Part shown: one piece after another, positions 54,201-62,744 of the stretch | Position numbering within the stretch: the stretch's first letter is position 1 | Layout: each line of letters starts with the position of its first letter | Assembly: GCA_964652685.1 (NCBI GenBank) | Contig: CAZZBS010000007.1 | Span: forward strand, 20,544 to 84,543 | Length of the DNA: 64,000 bases | Source of the DNA: an uncultured Lentimicrobiaceae bacterium | GTDB taxonomy: Bacteria; Bacteroidota; Bacteroidia; Bacteroidales; SKPS01 | Direction of reading: 5' to 3' | The notes under the pieces: generated by a model | Told to the model about the DNA's origin: nothing | The model's database searches: none | Seen by the model: only the letters and a program-made list of their open reading frames with translations | Translations under genes and position numbers: made by a program

Positions 54201-55148
54201 AAAATGGGTTGGTGCACCCGAAGGAGGTAACTGGGGCTGGATCCGTAAACCCGCTGAATTGCCTTTGGTCAGGTAATAATAGTTGTGATCATCGTAGAGA
54301 TGTTTCCTGTGGATAAATCGTTGCTGAAGGGTATCATACAGCCATTTGCCGGAACCTTCACCATAAAACAGGATGTAATCCCCTGGGTCAATACTTCCAT
54401 CTCCTCCGTCAAAAACCTGAACAGCCACCTCCTGTAAACCATCTGGCCGGATGTCACCAGCCCTCTCAGGCAACATCCCACCTCCCATTCCAAATAACCG
54501 GATTTTGGATGCATTTCCCCCTGTCATACCCATAGAGGTAAGCTGGTTGTAATCCAACCGGTAAACTCCCCTGCCGGATACCCGGAGCTTATACCATTCA
54601 CCGGTGGATAATACCGAATTGCTTTTCGTTGTCCGGAAAGAAGGGGAGGGAATCTGTGAAACATCTGCAACTTCTTTATGGCTGAGCCGGAAAGAAACGA
54701 TCCTTTCAAAAGAACCGTCCGCTTTTTTCCTGATGGGTATAACGAAAATGGCTGAGTAAGGAACTTTTCGAATGATCCGTTTTTCTGATTCAATCCTGAA
54801 TTCATCCCCGATACCGGCGACATTTCTGAGCAGGGAACTTTCATTGTCAGTAAGATGCGCTGTTTCGGTAACTTGCAGGTTTGTCTCCAGCCGCGTACCG
54901 GTTCCCTGGTGTTTTACCAGTCTATGCCACGCCGGTATGTTCATGTCGAACGGATATACCGCCTCCGCAAACGTAAGCCTGCTGAAAGATTCGGTTTCAC
55001 TGATCCGGATATATTCGATCCCCTTCCATGCCAATTCAAACGTGGCTTCAGTAATCCGCTCCTGTCCCTGTAACAGAGAGAATGGGAAAAGTATGAATGA
55101 TAGCAGAAAAGCACAGGCGGGAAGGCACCGTACTGGCTTGTGGGTCAT
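51270..55148 (-). CDS. porU: Type IX secretion system sortase PorU (C25 gingipain-like peptidase domain, retained CTD)
   Basis: About 1290 aa from ATG 55148 (MTHKPVRCLPACAFLLSFILFPFSLLQGQE). The C25-like catalytic region is INYIGHGGELGWAHE (His) and FLTSTCEFSRFDDP (Cys). The C-terminal CTD-like segment is LNYPNPFTTYTEFWF...GVYVYKVTIRN...LVILR. The start is ambiguous (55148, 55172 or 55280). Confidence 0.85.
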   Translation of the reverse strand: MTHKPVRCLPACAFLLSFILFPFSLLQGQERITEATFELAWKGIEYIRISETESFSRLTFAEAVYPFDMNIPAWHRLVKHQGTGTRLETNLQVTETAHLTDNESSLLRNVAGIGDEFRIESEKRIIRKVPYSAIFVIPIRKKADGSFERIVSFRLSHKEVADVSQIPSPSFRTTKSNSVLSTGEWYKLRVSGRGVYRLDYNQLTSMGMTGGNASKIRLFGMGGGMLPERAGDIRPDGLQEVAVQVFDGGDGSIDPGDYILFYGEGSGKWLYDTLQQRFIHRKHLYDDHNYYYLTKGNSAGLRIQPQLPPSGAPTHFVTSFRDYAIYENDSLNLIKSGKLWLGEEFDIRTTYSFSFSFPNIDPGSPVEIQTSFVARSLSASTVTIQSGTHSASAGIFHVSTGYNSQYANQVFKELTFNTSGNAIPVTITYSKPLSSSVGWLDYILVNLRRTLRMSGNQMVFRETGVTGPGNRAQYSLDQSNASTGIWDITNPLIPELVQGNLLGNIYSFISDAEVLREFIAHQGTGYLTADIMGKVTNQDLQGSKQVDMVIISHPEFLTQAKRLAGIHEQHSGLSCLVVTPGMVYNEFSSGKQDPTAIRDFMKMLYDRAVTPDELPGYLLLFGDGSYDNKNRLANNTNFIPTYQSDESLHPAYSYVTDDFYGMLDDHEGLNASGALDLAVGRIPVATAQEAAQMVDKVIRYISDNSDLLATTICAGAGATKPLADWRNTICIVADDEDSNLHIDQAELLTDYCDANHGVYNLNKIYIDAYKQESISGGHRYPDVNDAINKQLEKGSLIINYIGHGGELGWAHERILRIEDILLWSNAYHMPLFLTSTCEFSRFDDPARRSAGEDVYLNPNGGGIAMFTTTRLAFASSNYAFNTAFYKNVFKKQNGLYPRIGDVFMLSKIESGSVSSNRNMVVLGDPALMLAYPKHKVVTTHINDSAISATPDTLKALSKVTVKGIVTDQQDQVLQDFNGILYPVVLDKKTTFTTLANDPLSYAKNFWLQKNSLFKGKVTVSNGHFSFSFIVPKDIAYAYGFGKISYYAENGTEDAHGYYDNIVIGGTSDVSITDNTGPEIRLYLNDSSFVFGGTTDANPVLLALLKDEYGINTSGSGIGHDIVAVLDGNSTKSIILNDYYEADLDSYNSGTVTYGLSNLADGPHHLNLKVWDIFNNSSEAYTEFVVASSDKPILTHVLNYPNPFTTYTEFWFEHNQPCCDLDVRIDVFTVSGKLVKTIQKTVSTIGFRAEPIPWDGLDDYGDRLARGVYVYKVTIRNRELKSTEKFEKLVILR

Positions 55149-55744
55149 ACACAATGAACCGGATTGATGCATGTTGATTACACAAAAATTATTTCTTGAA
55201 AAACAATGTTGCCAGACTGTCAATGAATGGTTAGTTAACAGAATATTATCCGTTTTATTGTGTTTTCTAAACTCGGACATCTTTTCCTGATTTTTTTTCG
55301 GATACAGCTTAATGATGGGAGATGGTAACAGGCTTTTTCCGGTTGGATTTTTAAGGAAACAGGGCTGATCCAGACATATGGTTATAATTTAGAATTATTA
55401 TAAATAAGTATGATTCATGCAGATTGAGTTATATCAGGATCATTGATATGTTATTTCAATATAACAGGTATCTTTGGGTCAGGTTCAATTCAGGTAGTTG
55501 GAAAATATGATCAAATATCAAAAAAAATGAAACCTTCAGGGAATACCGGTGTATAAAACAGAAAAAATAATCGGTATTTTTTTTCGCTGATCTGGTTTTC
55601 TTACATTTTCAGCCTATTGGGTAATGTTGACTGATGAGAGTAATATTTTTCAAATGAAAATGTTGCTGTATATGGTGTTAAAAAAATATTGTAATATTGT
55701 AAACTGAAAATGTCAGGAAAAAGAACCCGATCAAACAATACAAG

Positions 55745-56761
55745 GTGAGAAGAATCATTATATCCCTGATGGTTGCGATAATTCTAATAGGAATGACAAC
55801 GCGTGGCCCGGCACAGGATCCGCATTTCTCGCAATTTTATGCAAATCCTATCTATCTGAATCCTGCGTTTGCAGGAACCAATATTTGTCCAAGGCTGATC
55901 ATGAACTACAGAAACCAGTGGCCTTCCATTCCCGGTGGATTTGTTACCTATAATGCCTCCTATGATCAGTTTTTTCAGAAAATCAGCGGGGGGGTTGGTG
56001 TGATTGCCATGTCGGACATGGCAGGGGAGGGGGTATTAACCCACAATTCTCTCGGGCTGATGTATGCTTATCATCTGGGTCTTGATCAGCGTGACAAATA
56101 CAATCTCAATTTCTCGATCCAGTCTTCATTTTATTCAAAAAGCCTTCAGTGGGATAAACTTACCTTCGGCGATATGATAGATTCCAGGGATGGTTTTATC
56201 TATTCCACACAGAATATACCGGGGAATCAGAATGTAACCTACGTGGATTTTGCTGCCGGTACGCTTTACTATACCTCCCGTTTTTATGTCGGGGTAGCCG
56301 TTCATCACCTTACCGAACCTGACAATTCGTTTTACAATGCAGCAGAACATAACTCGGTGCATTACAGAAAAATCACAGTCCAGACAGGTTATGAAATACC
56401 CCTTGGTGCTAAAAGAGGGGTGTATCAGACCTCCTATCCAAGTCTGTTTCCCAGTCTTATCTATCAGCAGCAGCAACAGTTCCATCAGTTGAATTATGGC
56501 CTCTATTTCAATAAAACCCCAATGGTTGTCGGTTTGTGGTACAGGCAGTTCATGTCAGCACCTGTCGGGGGATATTCGGATGCCGTTGTCGGACTGGTAG
56601 GTTTCGAATACGACAAGTTTAAGATTGGTTATTCGTACGATGTGACCATCTCTGAATTAAGCAATGTGTCCGGTGGAGCCCATGAGGTCTCATTCACCCT
56701 GAAGTTCAACTGTCCTGAAAAAGGGCCGAAATACAGAGCAATAAAATGCCCGGTCTTCTAG
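55745..56761 (+). CDS. PorP/SprF family type IX secretion system membrane protein
   Basis: 338 aa with a GTG start. The signal peptide is followed by the family hallmark AQDPHFSQFYANPIYLNPAFAG....RLIMNYRNQWP. The C-terminus is ...GGAHEVSFTLKF. Confidence 0.85.
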   Translation: MRRIIISLMVAIILIGMTTRGPAQDPHFSQFYANPIYLNPAFAGTNICPRLIMNYRNQWPSIPGGFVTYNASYDQFFQKISGGVGVIAMSDMAGEGVLTHNSLGLMYAYHLGLDQRDKYNLNFSIQSSFYSKSLQWDKLTFGDMIDSRDGFIYSTQNIPGNQNVTYVDFAAGTLYYTSRFYVGVAVHHLTEPDNSFYNAAEHNSVHYRKITVQTGYEIPLGAKRGVYQTSYPSLFPSLIYQQQQQFHQLNYGLYFNKTPMVVGLWYRQFMSAPVGGYSDAVVGLVGFEYDKFKIGYSYDVTISELSNVSGGAHEVSFTLKFNCPEKGPKYRAIKCPVF

Positions 56762-56791
56762 TTAAAGAAAAGTAAATCCAAATACGCACAG

Positions 56792-58537
56792 ATGATGAAA
56801 CCGATGAAATTCATTACAGGAATTATATTTATTACTGCAGTCGCCTCCTTTATGCTGGTGACCTCCTGTGGGAAGCCAAGATCCCGTACAACGGGATGGG
56901 ACTATAACAACCCTACCAACGGAGGCTTTCAGGTGGTGAAGTTTATCGAACAGGAAACAGGTCCAGGCCTGGTGTTCATTGAGGGGGGATCCTTCCTGAT
57001 GGGAAGGACAAACCAGGAAGTTGCCGATGCCTGGGACAATATGCCAAGAAAGGTAACGGTAACATCCTTTTACATGGATCAGACAGAAGTTGCCAATGTT
57101 GATTATCTGGAATATCTGTACTGGATTTCCCGAATTTATGGCATTGACTTCCCGAGAGTGTATGATAAGGCATTGCCTGATACCCTTGTCTGGAGAAAGA
57201 AACTTGCATACAATGAGCCCTATTCCGAGCTTTATCTCCGACATCCCGCGTACAAAGACTATCCGGTTGTCGGTGTGAACTGGCTGCAGGCCCGTGATTA
57301 CTGTGCATGGCGTACCGACAGGGTCAATGAGGATATCCTTGTTAAAGCCGGCATCCTCAAGCAGGATCCGATGCAGCAGAATGAAGAGAACTTCAATACC
57401 CGCTCCTACCTGGCAGGGCAGTTTATCGGCCTTGTTGACAAGGAACTTAAGGACCTGAATCCAAACAGTGCCGGTACAAGAGGTGTGAGAATGGAAGACG
57501 GTATCCTGTTGCCTTCTTACAGGTTACCCACTGAAGCCGAATGGGAATTTGCAGCTCTCGGGCTGATCGGGAATACTTACTACGAAAGGATCGTTGAAAG
57601 ACGGATCTACCCATGGAACGGTCATAATACCAGGACCGACAGCCGTAAACATTATGGTGAATTTGTGGCCAATTTCGTCAGGGGAAGAGGTGACTATATG
57701 GGTGTTGCCGGCCATCTCAATGACAAAGCCAGCATTACGGCACCGGTTTATGCTTACTGGCCCAATGACTACGGGCTTTATAACATGGCCGGCAATGTCG
57801 CTGAATGGGTATCTGATGTCTACCGACCACTCTCCTTTGAGGATTTCGAAGAGTTCAATCCTTTCCGTGGCAACATCTTCAGCACGATCGTACTGAACAA
57901 TGAGGGAGCCTACGACGACAAACTGGATTATATAACCTATGATTACAAAGGATTGTTGGATTTTCTCGGACGTTTCCAGGGAGATCTTGCCAGCAGCGGA
58001 AATTCTTCTGACAAGGAAGCAGACCTGGTGGAAGCAGTGATTGCTGATGCCGAACAGGCGGTCGAAGACAATGAAGCCAGGAATATGGAAGATGCTTCCC
58101 AGCGCATACAGGATGCCATTGATAAGATTAATAATGCGGATGAAACCATTAAAATCGGGGGAGCTCTCCTGAAAGGCATTGCCACCTATGTGCAGGGAAT
58201 GCCCGGACAAATGAAAACCAGGGAGGTACGCCCTGAAGAAAATATCGGTAGAAGAAACTACCGGCAGGCAGATAATGTCAATTATCGCGACGGTGATTTT
58301 GAAAGTTCGATCGCCAACGATTATTTCAATGAGACCGAAGAAGACAGGGCAATGTACAATTATGGGAAGAACACACTCATCAGTAACAGGGTCAAGGTAT
58401 ACAAAGGTGGATCCTGGCGCGACCGTGAATACTGGTTAAGCCCCGGCACCCGCCGTTTCCTTGAAGAAGACCAGGCAACCGAATACATCGGATTCCGTTG
58501 TGCCATGCACCGGGTGGGCAGCCCCCAGGGCAATTAA
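56792..58537 (+). CDS. gldJ: Gliding motility lipoprotein GldJ (FGE-sulfatase/SUMF1-like domain)
   Basis: 581 aa. The lipobox is FMLVTSC|GKPRSRTTGWDYNNPTNGGFQVVKFIEQETGPGLVFIEGGSFLMG. SUMF1-like blocks are YPVVGVNWLQARDYCAW, RLPTEAEWEFAA and GFRCAM. The size and the downstream murF fit GldJ rather than GldK/PorK. Confidence 0.85.
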   Translation: MMKPMKFITGIIFITAVASFMLVTSCGKPRSRTTGWDYNNPTNGGFQVVKFIEQETGPGLVFIEGGSFLMGRTNQEVADAWDNMPRKVTVTSFYMDQTEVANVDYLEYLYWISRIYGIDFPRVYDKALPDTLVWRKKLAYNEPYSELYLRHPAYKDYPVVGVNWLQARDYCAWRTDRVNEDILVKAGILKQDPMQQNEENFNTRSYLAGQFIGLVDKELKDLNPNSAGTRGVRMEDGILLPSYRLPTEAEWEFAALGLIGNTYYERIVERRIYPWNGHNTRTDSRKHYGEFVANFVRGRGDYMGVAGHLNDKASITAPVYAYWPNDYGLYNMAGNVAEWVSDVYRPLSFEDFEEFNPFRGNIFSTIVLNNEGAYDDKLDYITYDYKGLLDFLGRFQGDLASSGNSSDKEADLVEAVIADAEQAVEDNEARNMEDASQRIQDAIDKINNADETIKIGGALLKGIATYVQGMPGQMKTREVRPEENIGRRNYRQADNVNYRDGDFESSIANDYFNETEEDRAMYNYGKNTLISNRVKVYKGGSWRDREYWLSPGTRRFLEEDQATEYIGFRCAMHRVGSPQGN

Positions 58538-58558
58538 ACTTCGATCATAAATTTATGG

Positions 58559-58589
58559 AAAGGCTGCCTGTTCAGGGTAGCCTTTTTTT
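58559..58589 (+). terminator. Rho-independent terminator after gldJ
   Basis: AAAGGCTGCC-TGTTCA-GGGTAGCCTTT is an imperfect stem of about 10 bp running into T7 (58583-58589). Confidence 0.65.
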
Positions 58590-58590
58590 C

Positions 58591-58598
58591 TACCTTTG
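58591..58598 (+). promoter_or_regulatory. -7 box TACCTTTG upstream of murF
   Basis: Exact TAnnTTTG match directly after the gldJ terminator. It overlaps the ORF-track ATG at 58596, which argues for the ATG at 58614. Confidence 0.4.
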
Positions 58599-58613
58599 AT
58601 GAAAATAGGATCC

Positions 58614-59924
58614 ATGTCACCAGACTTTTCCCTTTTATATACGATCTATCAAGAATTTCTGCTCTCAACAGCTGTGACAACAAATTCTCGCCTGGTTTCG
58701 CCTGGTTCAATGTTTTTTGCATTGAAAGGTGAAAATTTTGACGGGAATCAATTTGCAGCAGAAGCACTCATGAAAGGCGCTTCCCGGGTTGTTGTGGATG
58801 ATCCTGCCGTGGTCAGGGACAGCAGGTACCTGCTGGTGGAGAGTGTCCTTGACACCCTTCAGCAGCTGGCGATCCAACACCGGGACCAGTTCACCCTGCC
58901 TGTGATTGCCATTACCGGCTCCAACGGTAAGACCACAACCAAAGAGCTTATCTATGCCATTCTTTCTGCCCAATCCCCGACCATTGCCACACAGGGAAAC
59001 CTGAATAACCACATTGGGGTGCCACTGACCCTGCTGCGCCTTGCAACTTCTACCAGGTTTCTTGTGGTTGAAATGGGGGCCAATCATAAGGGTGAGATTA
59101 CAGCATTATGCAACCTGGCAAAACCAACCCATGGCATCATCACCAACATCGGACCTGCCCACCTGGAAGGATTTGGATCACAGGAAGGTGTCAGACAGGC
59201 AAAAAGTGAATTGTACCATTACCTGAACAGTAGGGATCAAAGCACCATTATCTGGAATGCAGATGATCCGGTGATAAGAAATCTGGTCAAACCGATGCGC
59301 ACCCGAAAGATATCCTATGGAAGAACAAGGAAAGCTGATGTAAGGGGTAGTGTAGCCTCATCCGGCCTTTTCCTGGCCGTCCGTTGGCAAGCACCAGATC
59401 GGCTATCCGAATTCCAAACGAACCTCGTTGGGGAATATAATTTCCCTAATGTCATGGCTGCTATTGCAACCGGACAACTACTCACTATGGAAACCGGAAC
59501 CATCATTCAGGCAATACAGGCGTACACGCCTGCCAACAACAGGTCACAGTTTTCAGATACAGGGCGGAACCAGGTGGTGATTGATTGCTACAACGCTAAC
59601 CCGGCAAGCATGCAGGCAGCCATAGATCATTTTATCCGGATCAGTGGCCCGGAATCTCTGCTGATCCTGGGTGATATGTTTGAATTGGGATCATATAGCA
59701 GTGATGAGCACTGGCAGTTGTTGAACCTGATCAAAAAAACGGGATGTCAGTGTATTACTGTCGGCCAGGCTTTTTTCAACCTGGCAGATGAATTTTCCCT
59801 GACTGCATTCAGGGATGTAGAGGAACTGACACAATGGCTGGCAGATCATCCTGTCAAAGGCAGGCAGATATTACTCAAGGGCTCACACGGTGTGAAACTT
59901 GAAAAGGCGATCCCTTTTCTTTGA
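58614..59924 (+). CDS. murF: UDP-N-acetylmuramoyl-tripeptide--D-alanyl-D-alanine ligase
   Basis: Motifs are TNSRLVSPGSMFFALKGENFDGNQFA, the ITGSNGKTTTKE P-loop, the Mur-ligase middle domain and the C-terminus ...LLKGSHGVKLE. Confidence 0.9.
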   Translation: MSPDFSLLYTIYQEFLLSTAVTTNSRLVSPGSMFFALKGENFDGNQFAAEALMKGASRVVVDDPAVVRDSRYLLVESVLDTLQQLAIQHRDQFTLPVIAITGSNGKTTTKELIYAILSAQSPTIATQGNLNNHIGVPLTLLRLATSTRFLVVEMGANHKGEITALCNLAKPTHGIITNIGPAHLEGFGSQEGVRQAKSELYHYLNSRDQSTIIWNADDPVIRNLVKPMRTRKISYGRTRKADVRGSVASSGLFLAVRWQAPDRLSEFQTNLVGEYNFPNVMAAIATGQLLTMETGTIIQAIQAYTPANNRSQFSDTGRNQVVIDCYNANPASMQAAIDHFIRISGPESLLILGDMFELGSYSSDEHWQLLNLIKKTGCQCITVGQAFFNLADEFSLTAFRDVEELTQWLADHPVKGRQILLKGSHGVKLEKAIPFL

Positions 59925-59937
59925 TAATCAGATCAGG

Positions 59938-60990
59938 ATGCATTATAAAACAGTCGGACTGATGTCCGGGACCTCGCTGGACGGCCTTGATGTTGTACTG
60001 TGCAGCTTCCTGACAAAGGGGGCAGACTGGCATTTTTCTATTCATCATGGCGTTACCATCCCCTTTCCCGGTGAATTGGTTGATAAACTCAGAGATGCCC
60101 ATCATTGTTCAGGAAGTGACTTTGCCGCACTGGATTTGGATTTTGGGATATGGTGTGGCCGAGTGACAGGTGAGATGATCCGTCAACACCATTTTCATCC
60201 TGTTTTTATTGCCTCTCACGGGCATACCGTTTTTCATGATCCTTCCAGGGGAATCACCTGCCAGATCGGGAACGGAGCCGGTATGGCATATCATTCCGGT
60301 TTGCCTGTGATAAACGGTTTCAGGATCGCAGACGTGCTTTCGGGAGGACAGGGAGCGCCACTTATCCCCGTTGGCGATCATCATCTCTTCACCCAATATG
60401 ATTACTGCCTGAACCTGGGAGGTATTGCCAATATTTCGTATGTTGCCGGGGAGATACGGCTGGCATTTGATATTGTTCCCGTCAACATGGTGCTCAATCA
60501 CCTCGCCGGAAGGTTGAACATGCCATTCGATCCGCATGGAGTATCAGCCCGTAGCGGTAAACTGATCTCTGAAATCCTGGATAAGCTGAATGACCTTCCC
60601 TTCTACGTCGCTGCTCCCCCCAAATCCCTGTCGCGGGAATGGGTCGAAGCATCCATATTCCCATTACTCGAAGGAGAGTATGGCGTTGAAGATCTTCTGC
60701 ATACCTATGTGGAACATGTTGCCCTGCAGATTGCCGCTTCCACCTCCTTTCGGGAGGGAGAAACCATGCTTGTCACCGGTGGCGGCACATGGAATGATTA
60801 CCTGGTTGAAAGGATCCGCTCAACTGTCAGTGCAAAGATCATCATCCCCGGAAAGGAGATTGTGAACTTTAAGGAAGCGCTGGTTTTTGCATTCATGGGA
60901 TTACTGCGGTGGCTGGGATTGCCGAATGTCTTTGCCTCAGTGACAGGATGCAGGAATGATCATTCCGCCGGAGTGATCTGGTATCCGTAA
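59938..60990 (+). CDS. anmK: Anhydro-N-acetylmuramic acid kinase
   Basis: The sequence begins MHYKTVGLMSGTSLDGLDV, with ...NLGGIANIS... and ...VTGGGTWN... ATPase-fold blocks. The ORF-track start at 59899 overlaps the murF end. Confidence 0.85.
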   Translation: MHYKTVGLMSGTSLDGLDVVLCSFLTKGADWHFSIHHGVTIPFPGELVDKLRDAHHCSGSDFAALDLDFGIWCGRVTGEMIRQHHFHPVFIASHGHTVFHDPSRGITCQIGNGAGMAYHSGLPVINGFRIADVLSGGQGAPLIPVGDHHLFTQYDYCLNLGGIANISYVAGEIRLAFDIVPVNMVLNHLAGRLNMPFDPHGVSARSGKLISEILDKLNDLPFYVAAPPKSLSREWVEASIFPLLEGEYGVEDLLHTYVEHVALQIAASTSFREGETMLVTGGGTWNDYLVERIRSTVSAKIIIPGKEIVNFKEALVFAFMGLLRWLGLPNVFASVTGCRNDHSAGVIWYP

Positions 60991-61014
60991 AAAAGGCCCG
61001 CTTTTCAGCGAGCC
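60989..61014 (-). terminator. Terminator after the Spy/CpxP-like gene (minus strand)
   Basis: The minus strand reads GGCTCGCT-GAAA-AGCGGGCC (8 bp with one mismatch) followed by TTTTTT. Confidence 0.55.
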
Positions 61015-61059
61015 CCATGTTGCATTCTGACTGCTTGCCAGTGATGTATCCTTCATGTT

Positions 61060-61605
61060 TTAGTTATTTCTTTTAGGGCCGTTGTATTTCGTCCGCTTGT
61101 TGTCCAATCCTTTTGGGTTGCAGTTTGCATTGTGCTGGCAGTGCTGATCAAACCATAACTGCTGCTCTTCATTGAGCAGAGCCCTGATCTGCTGCCTGGA
61201 CTTTTCAACACGCTTCCTTTTACTTGCCTGTAATACGGATATCTCATCGATCAATTTGTCGATGGAGGTTGCATCCGGCTTGTCGGCCCTTGATAATGTC
61301 CTGAGACGAGCCTCCTTTTCATTGATCTGGTCAGTAATGGATGTCAGATCTTTCAGCATGGCCAGACGGATGGATTTTATATCCTCTTTTTGTTTCTCTG
61401 TAATGCCGGGGATGTTGGCATAATTGCCAAATGGGCCTTTCAGGTTTTCACCTGCGGGCTTGTTACATGCTTTAGGATTTCCTTCTCCCTTCCCTCTAAT
61501 GGGGGGATTCTGGTTTTGTGCCGTCAATGCACTGCTGAGTGTGATCAGGCTGGCAAGAATAACAGCCGTAACTGATCCTGTGATTAAACTTCTCTTTCTT
61601 TTCAT
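61060..61605 (-). CDS. Periplasmic Spy/CpxP-family (heavy-metal-sensor-like) protein
   Basis: 181 aa from ATG 61605. The signal peptide is MKRKRSLITGSVTAVILASLITLSSALTAQ. The helical body has LTxxQ-like repeats (ITEKQKEDIKSIRLAM, LLNEEQQLWFDQH). The ORF-track extension to 61794 overlaps the upstream gene. Confidence 0.65.
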   Translation of the reverse strand: MKRKRSLITGSVTAVILASLITLSSALTAQNQNPPIRGKGEGNPKACNKPAGENLKGPFGNYANIPGITEKQKEDIKSIRLAMLKDLTSITDQINEKEARLRTLSRADKPDATSIDKLIDEISVLQASKRKRVEKSRQQIRALLNEEQQLWFDQHCQHNANCNPKGLDNKRTKYNGPKRNN

Positions 61606-61651
61606 GGTATTTGGATATTTGGATGAATTATTATTTCTGCCAGCAATATGT

Positions 61652-62230
61652 TTACTGATGTGGTTGTTCAGGAGGCATTCTTTCCGGATTGCATCTTCTT
61701 CCCTGCTGCATTCTGCCCGCCTTGTACAAATGTTGTTTTCTGCTCCTTTCGAGCATTTTGAACATTTTTGCCTGTTGATCGGGATTGCACACACCTTTTG
61801 CCTCCATCATAAATGCAACAGAGCTTCTTGACCATGCTGTGTGTAAATTTCCGATGCGGATGCTGAATGAATCCAGCACTGCCTGATCGGGATTCTCTTT
61901 CTGTACCTCTTTGAACAGCTCTTTTCTGGCTGCCTCGATGTCGGTTGCCAGTGTACGGATATCCTGAAGATGTTTATCCCGCAAGGAGGAGAACTGTCTG
62001 AGCTGATTTCCGTCCAAACCCATCTCCTTCCGGATAAATTCATCATGGAGATGAAAATGATCCGGCCGGTTTCTGGGAAGGTACGTGCATTCGGCAGGGG
62101 GGGGGGTGAAAAACCGGAACCAGAGGATGGTGCCCAGTGCAGAGATGTTCAGGATCAGCATGATGATGACAAGCCATACCAGAATCTTATAATGTCGTTG
62201 GTTCATATCCCATGGATTTTTAGGTTGCAT
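61652..62230 (-). CDS. Membrane-anchored Spy/CpxP-like periplasmic protein
   Basis: 192 aa. The N-terminal TM helix is ILVWLVIIMLILNISALGTILWF. The helical domain has LDGNQLRQFSSLRDKH and CNPDQQAKMFKML repeats. Confidence 0.6.
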   Translation of the reverse strand: MQPKNPWDMNQRHYKILVWLVIIMLILNISALGTILWFRFFTPPPAECTYLPRNRPDHFHLHDEFIRKEMGLDGNQLRQFSSLRDKHLQDIRTLATDIEAARKELFKEVQKENPDQAVLDSFSIRIGNLHTAWSRSSVAFMMEAKGVCNPDQQAKMFKMLERSRKQHLYKAGRMQQGRRCNPERMPPEQPHQ

Positions 62231-62246
62231 GTTTCTTAATCAGGTG

Positions 62247-62714
62247 TTATTGCCCGTTGTCATGATAATAGGTATCATTGTCGGAAGTATACCCCGGTGT
62301 TGAAAGGACGTTGTTCACCTCTGCGATCAGGGCTGTGTTTTCATAGGTGTTGTCCTGCTTCCGCATGAGGGAATAACCCAGCCAGATACCTGTGATCATG
62401 GGAAGCATGACAGCAAGAGCCCATACCAATGGTTTTACCTGGAATATTCTGACAAATGGCTGCTCCTGCCGGGCCTCTATATTGGCCATTAACCGTGTAT
62501 AAAAATAGGGGTCGGGCGAATGGAGGATCTCTTTCTCCGGTACACCATACACCTGCCGGAAGCGTTGATAATACCCTTCACATGCCGGGCATGACCGGAA
62601 ATGCTGTTCTGTCTGCTGCTTCCGGACAGGATCCAGTTCATCATCAAGGTAAAAAGGAATGAGGTGTATTACTTCTTTGCAGTTCATGATCTGCATGATT
62701 TTAACATTAGACAA
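62247..62714 (-). CDS. Anti-sigma factor (zf-HC2 type, single TM)
   Basis: The zinc-finger anti-sigma motif is HFRSCPACEGYYQ (H-x3-C-x2-C). It has one TM helix (LVWALAVMLPMITGIWLGYSLM) and lies directly downstream of the ECF sigma gene. Alternative starts are M7 and M10. Confidence 0.75.
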   Translation of the reverse strand: MSNVKIMQIMNCKEVIHLIPFYLDDELDPVRKQQTEQHFRSCPACEGYYQRFRQVYGVPEKEILHSPDPYFYTRLMANIEARQEQPFVRIFQVKPLVWALAVMLPMITGIWLGYSLMRKQDNTYENTALIAEVNNVLSTPGYTSDNDTYYHDNGQ

Positions 62715-62744
62715 ACAATTATTTTCAAACTTGCGCCATGCTGT

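Noticed and set aside
55507-55557. Mini-ORFs MIKYQKK (55507-55530) and MKPSGNTGV (55528-55557) in the porU/porP-like spacer
   Set aside because: They are 7-9 codons long, overlap each other, and lie in A-rich sequence where such ORFs arise by chance. There are no features of a leader peptide, such as regulatory codon runs.
57524-58210. 228-aa minus-strand ORF inside gldJ, with similar cases at 40351-40971 in mqnD, 14011-14604 and 14481-15008 in the ABC permease, and 47595-48110 in alaS
   Set aside because: These are antisense shadows of well-supported genes. The ones I checked (57524-58210, 40351-40971, 14011-14604) are in the stop-poor codon-aligned antisense frame. There is no independent evidence for expression.
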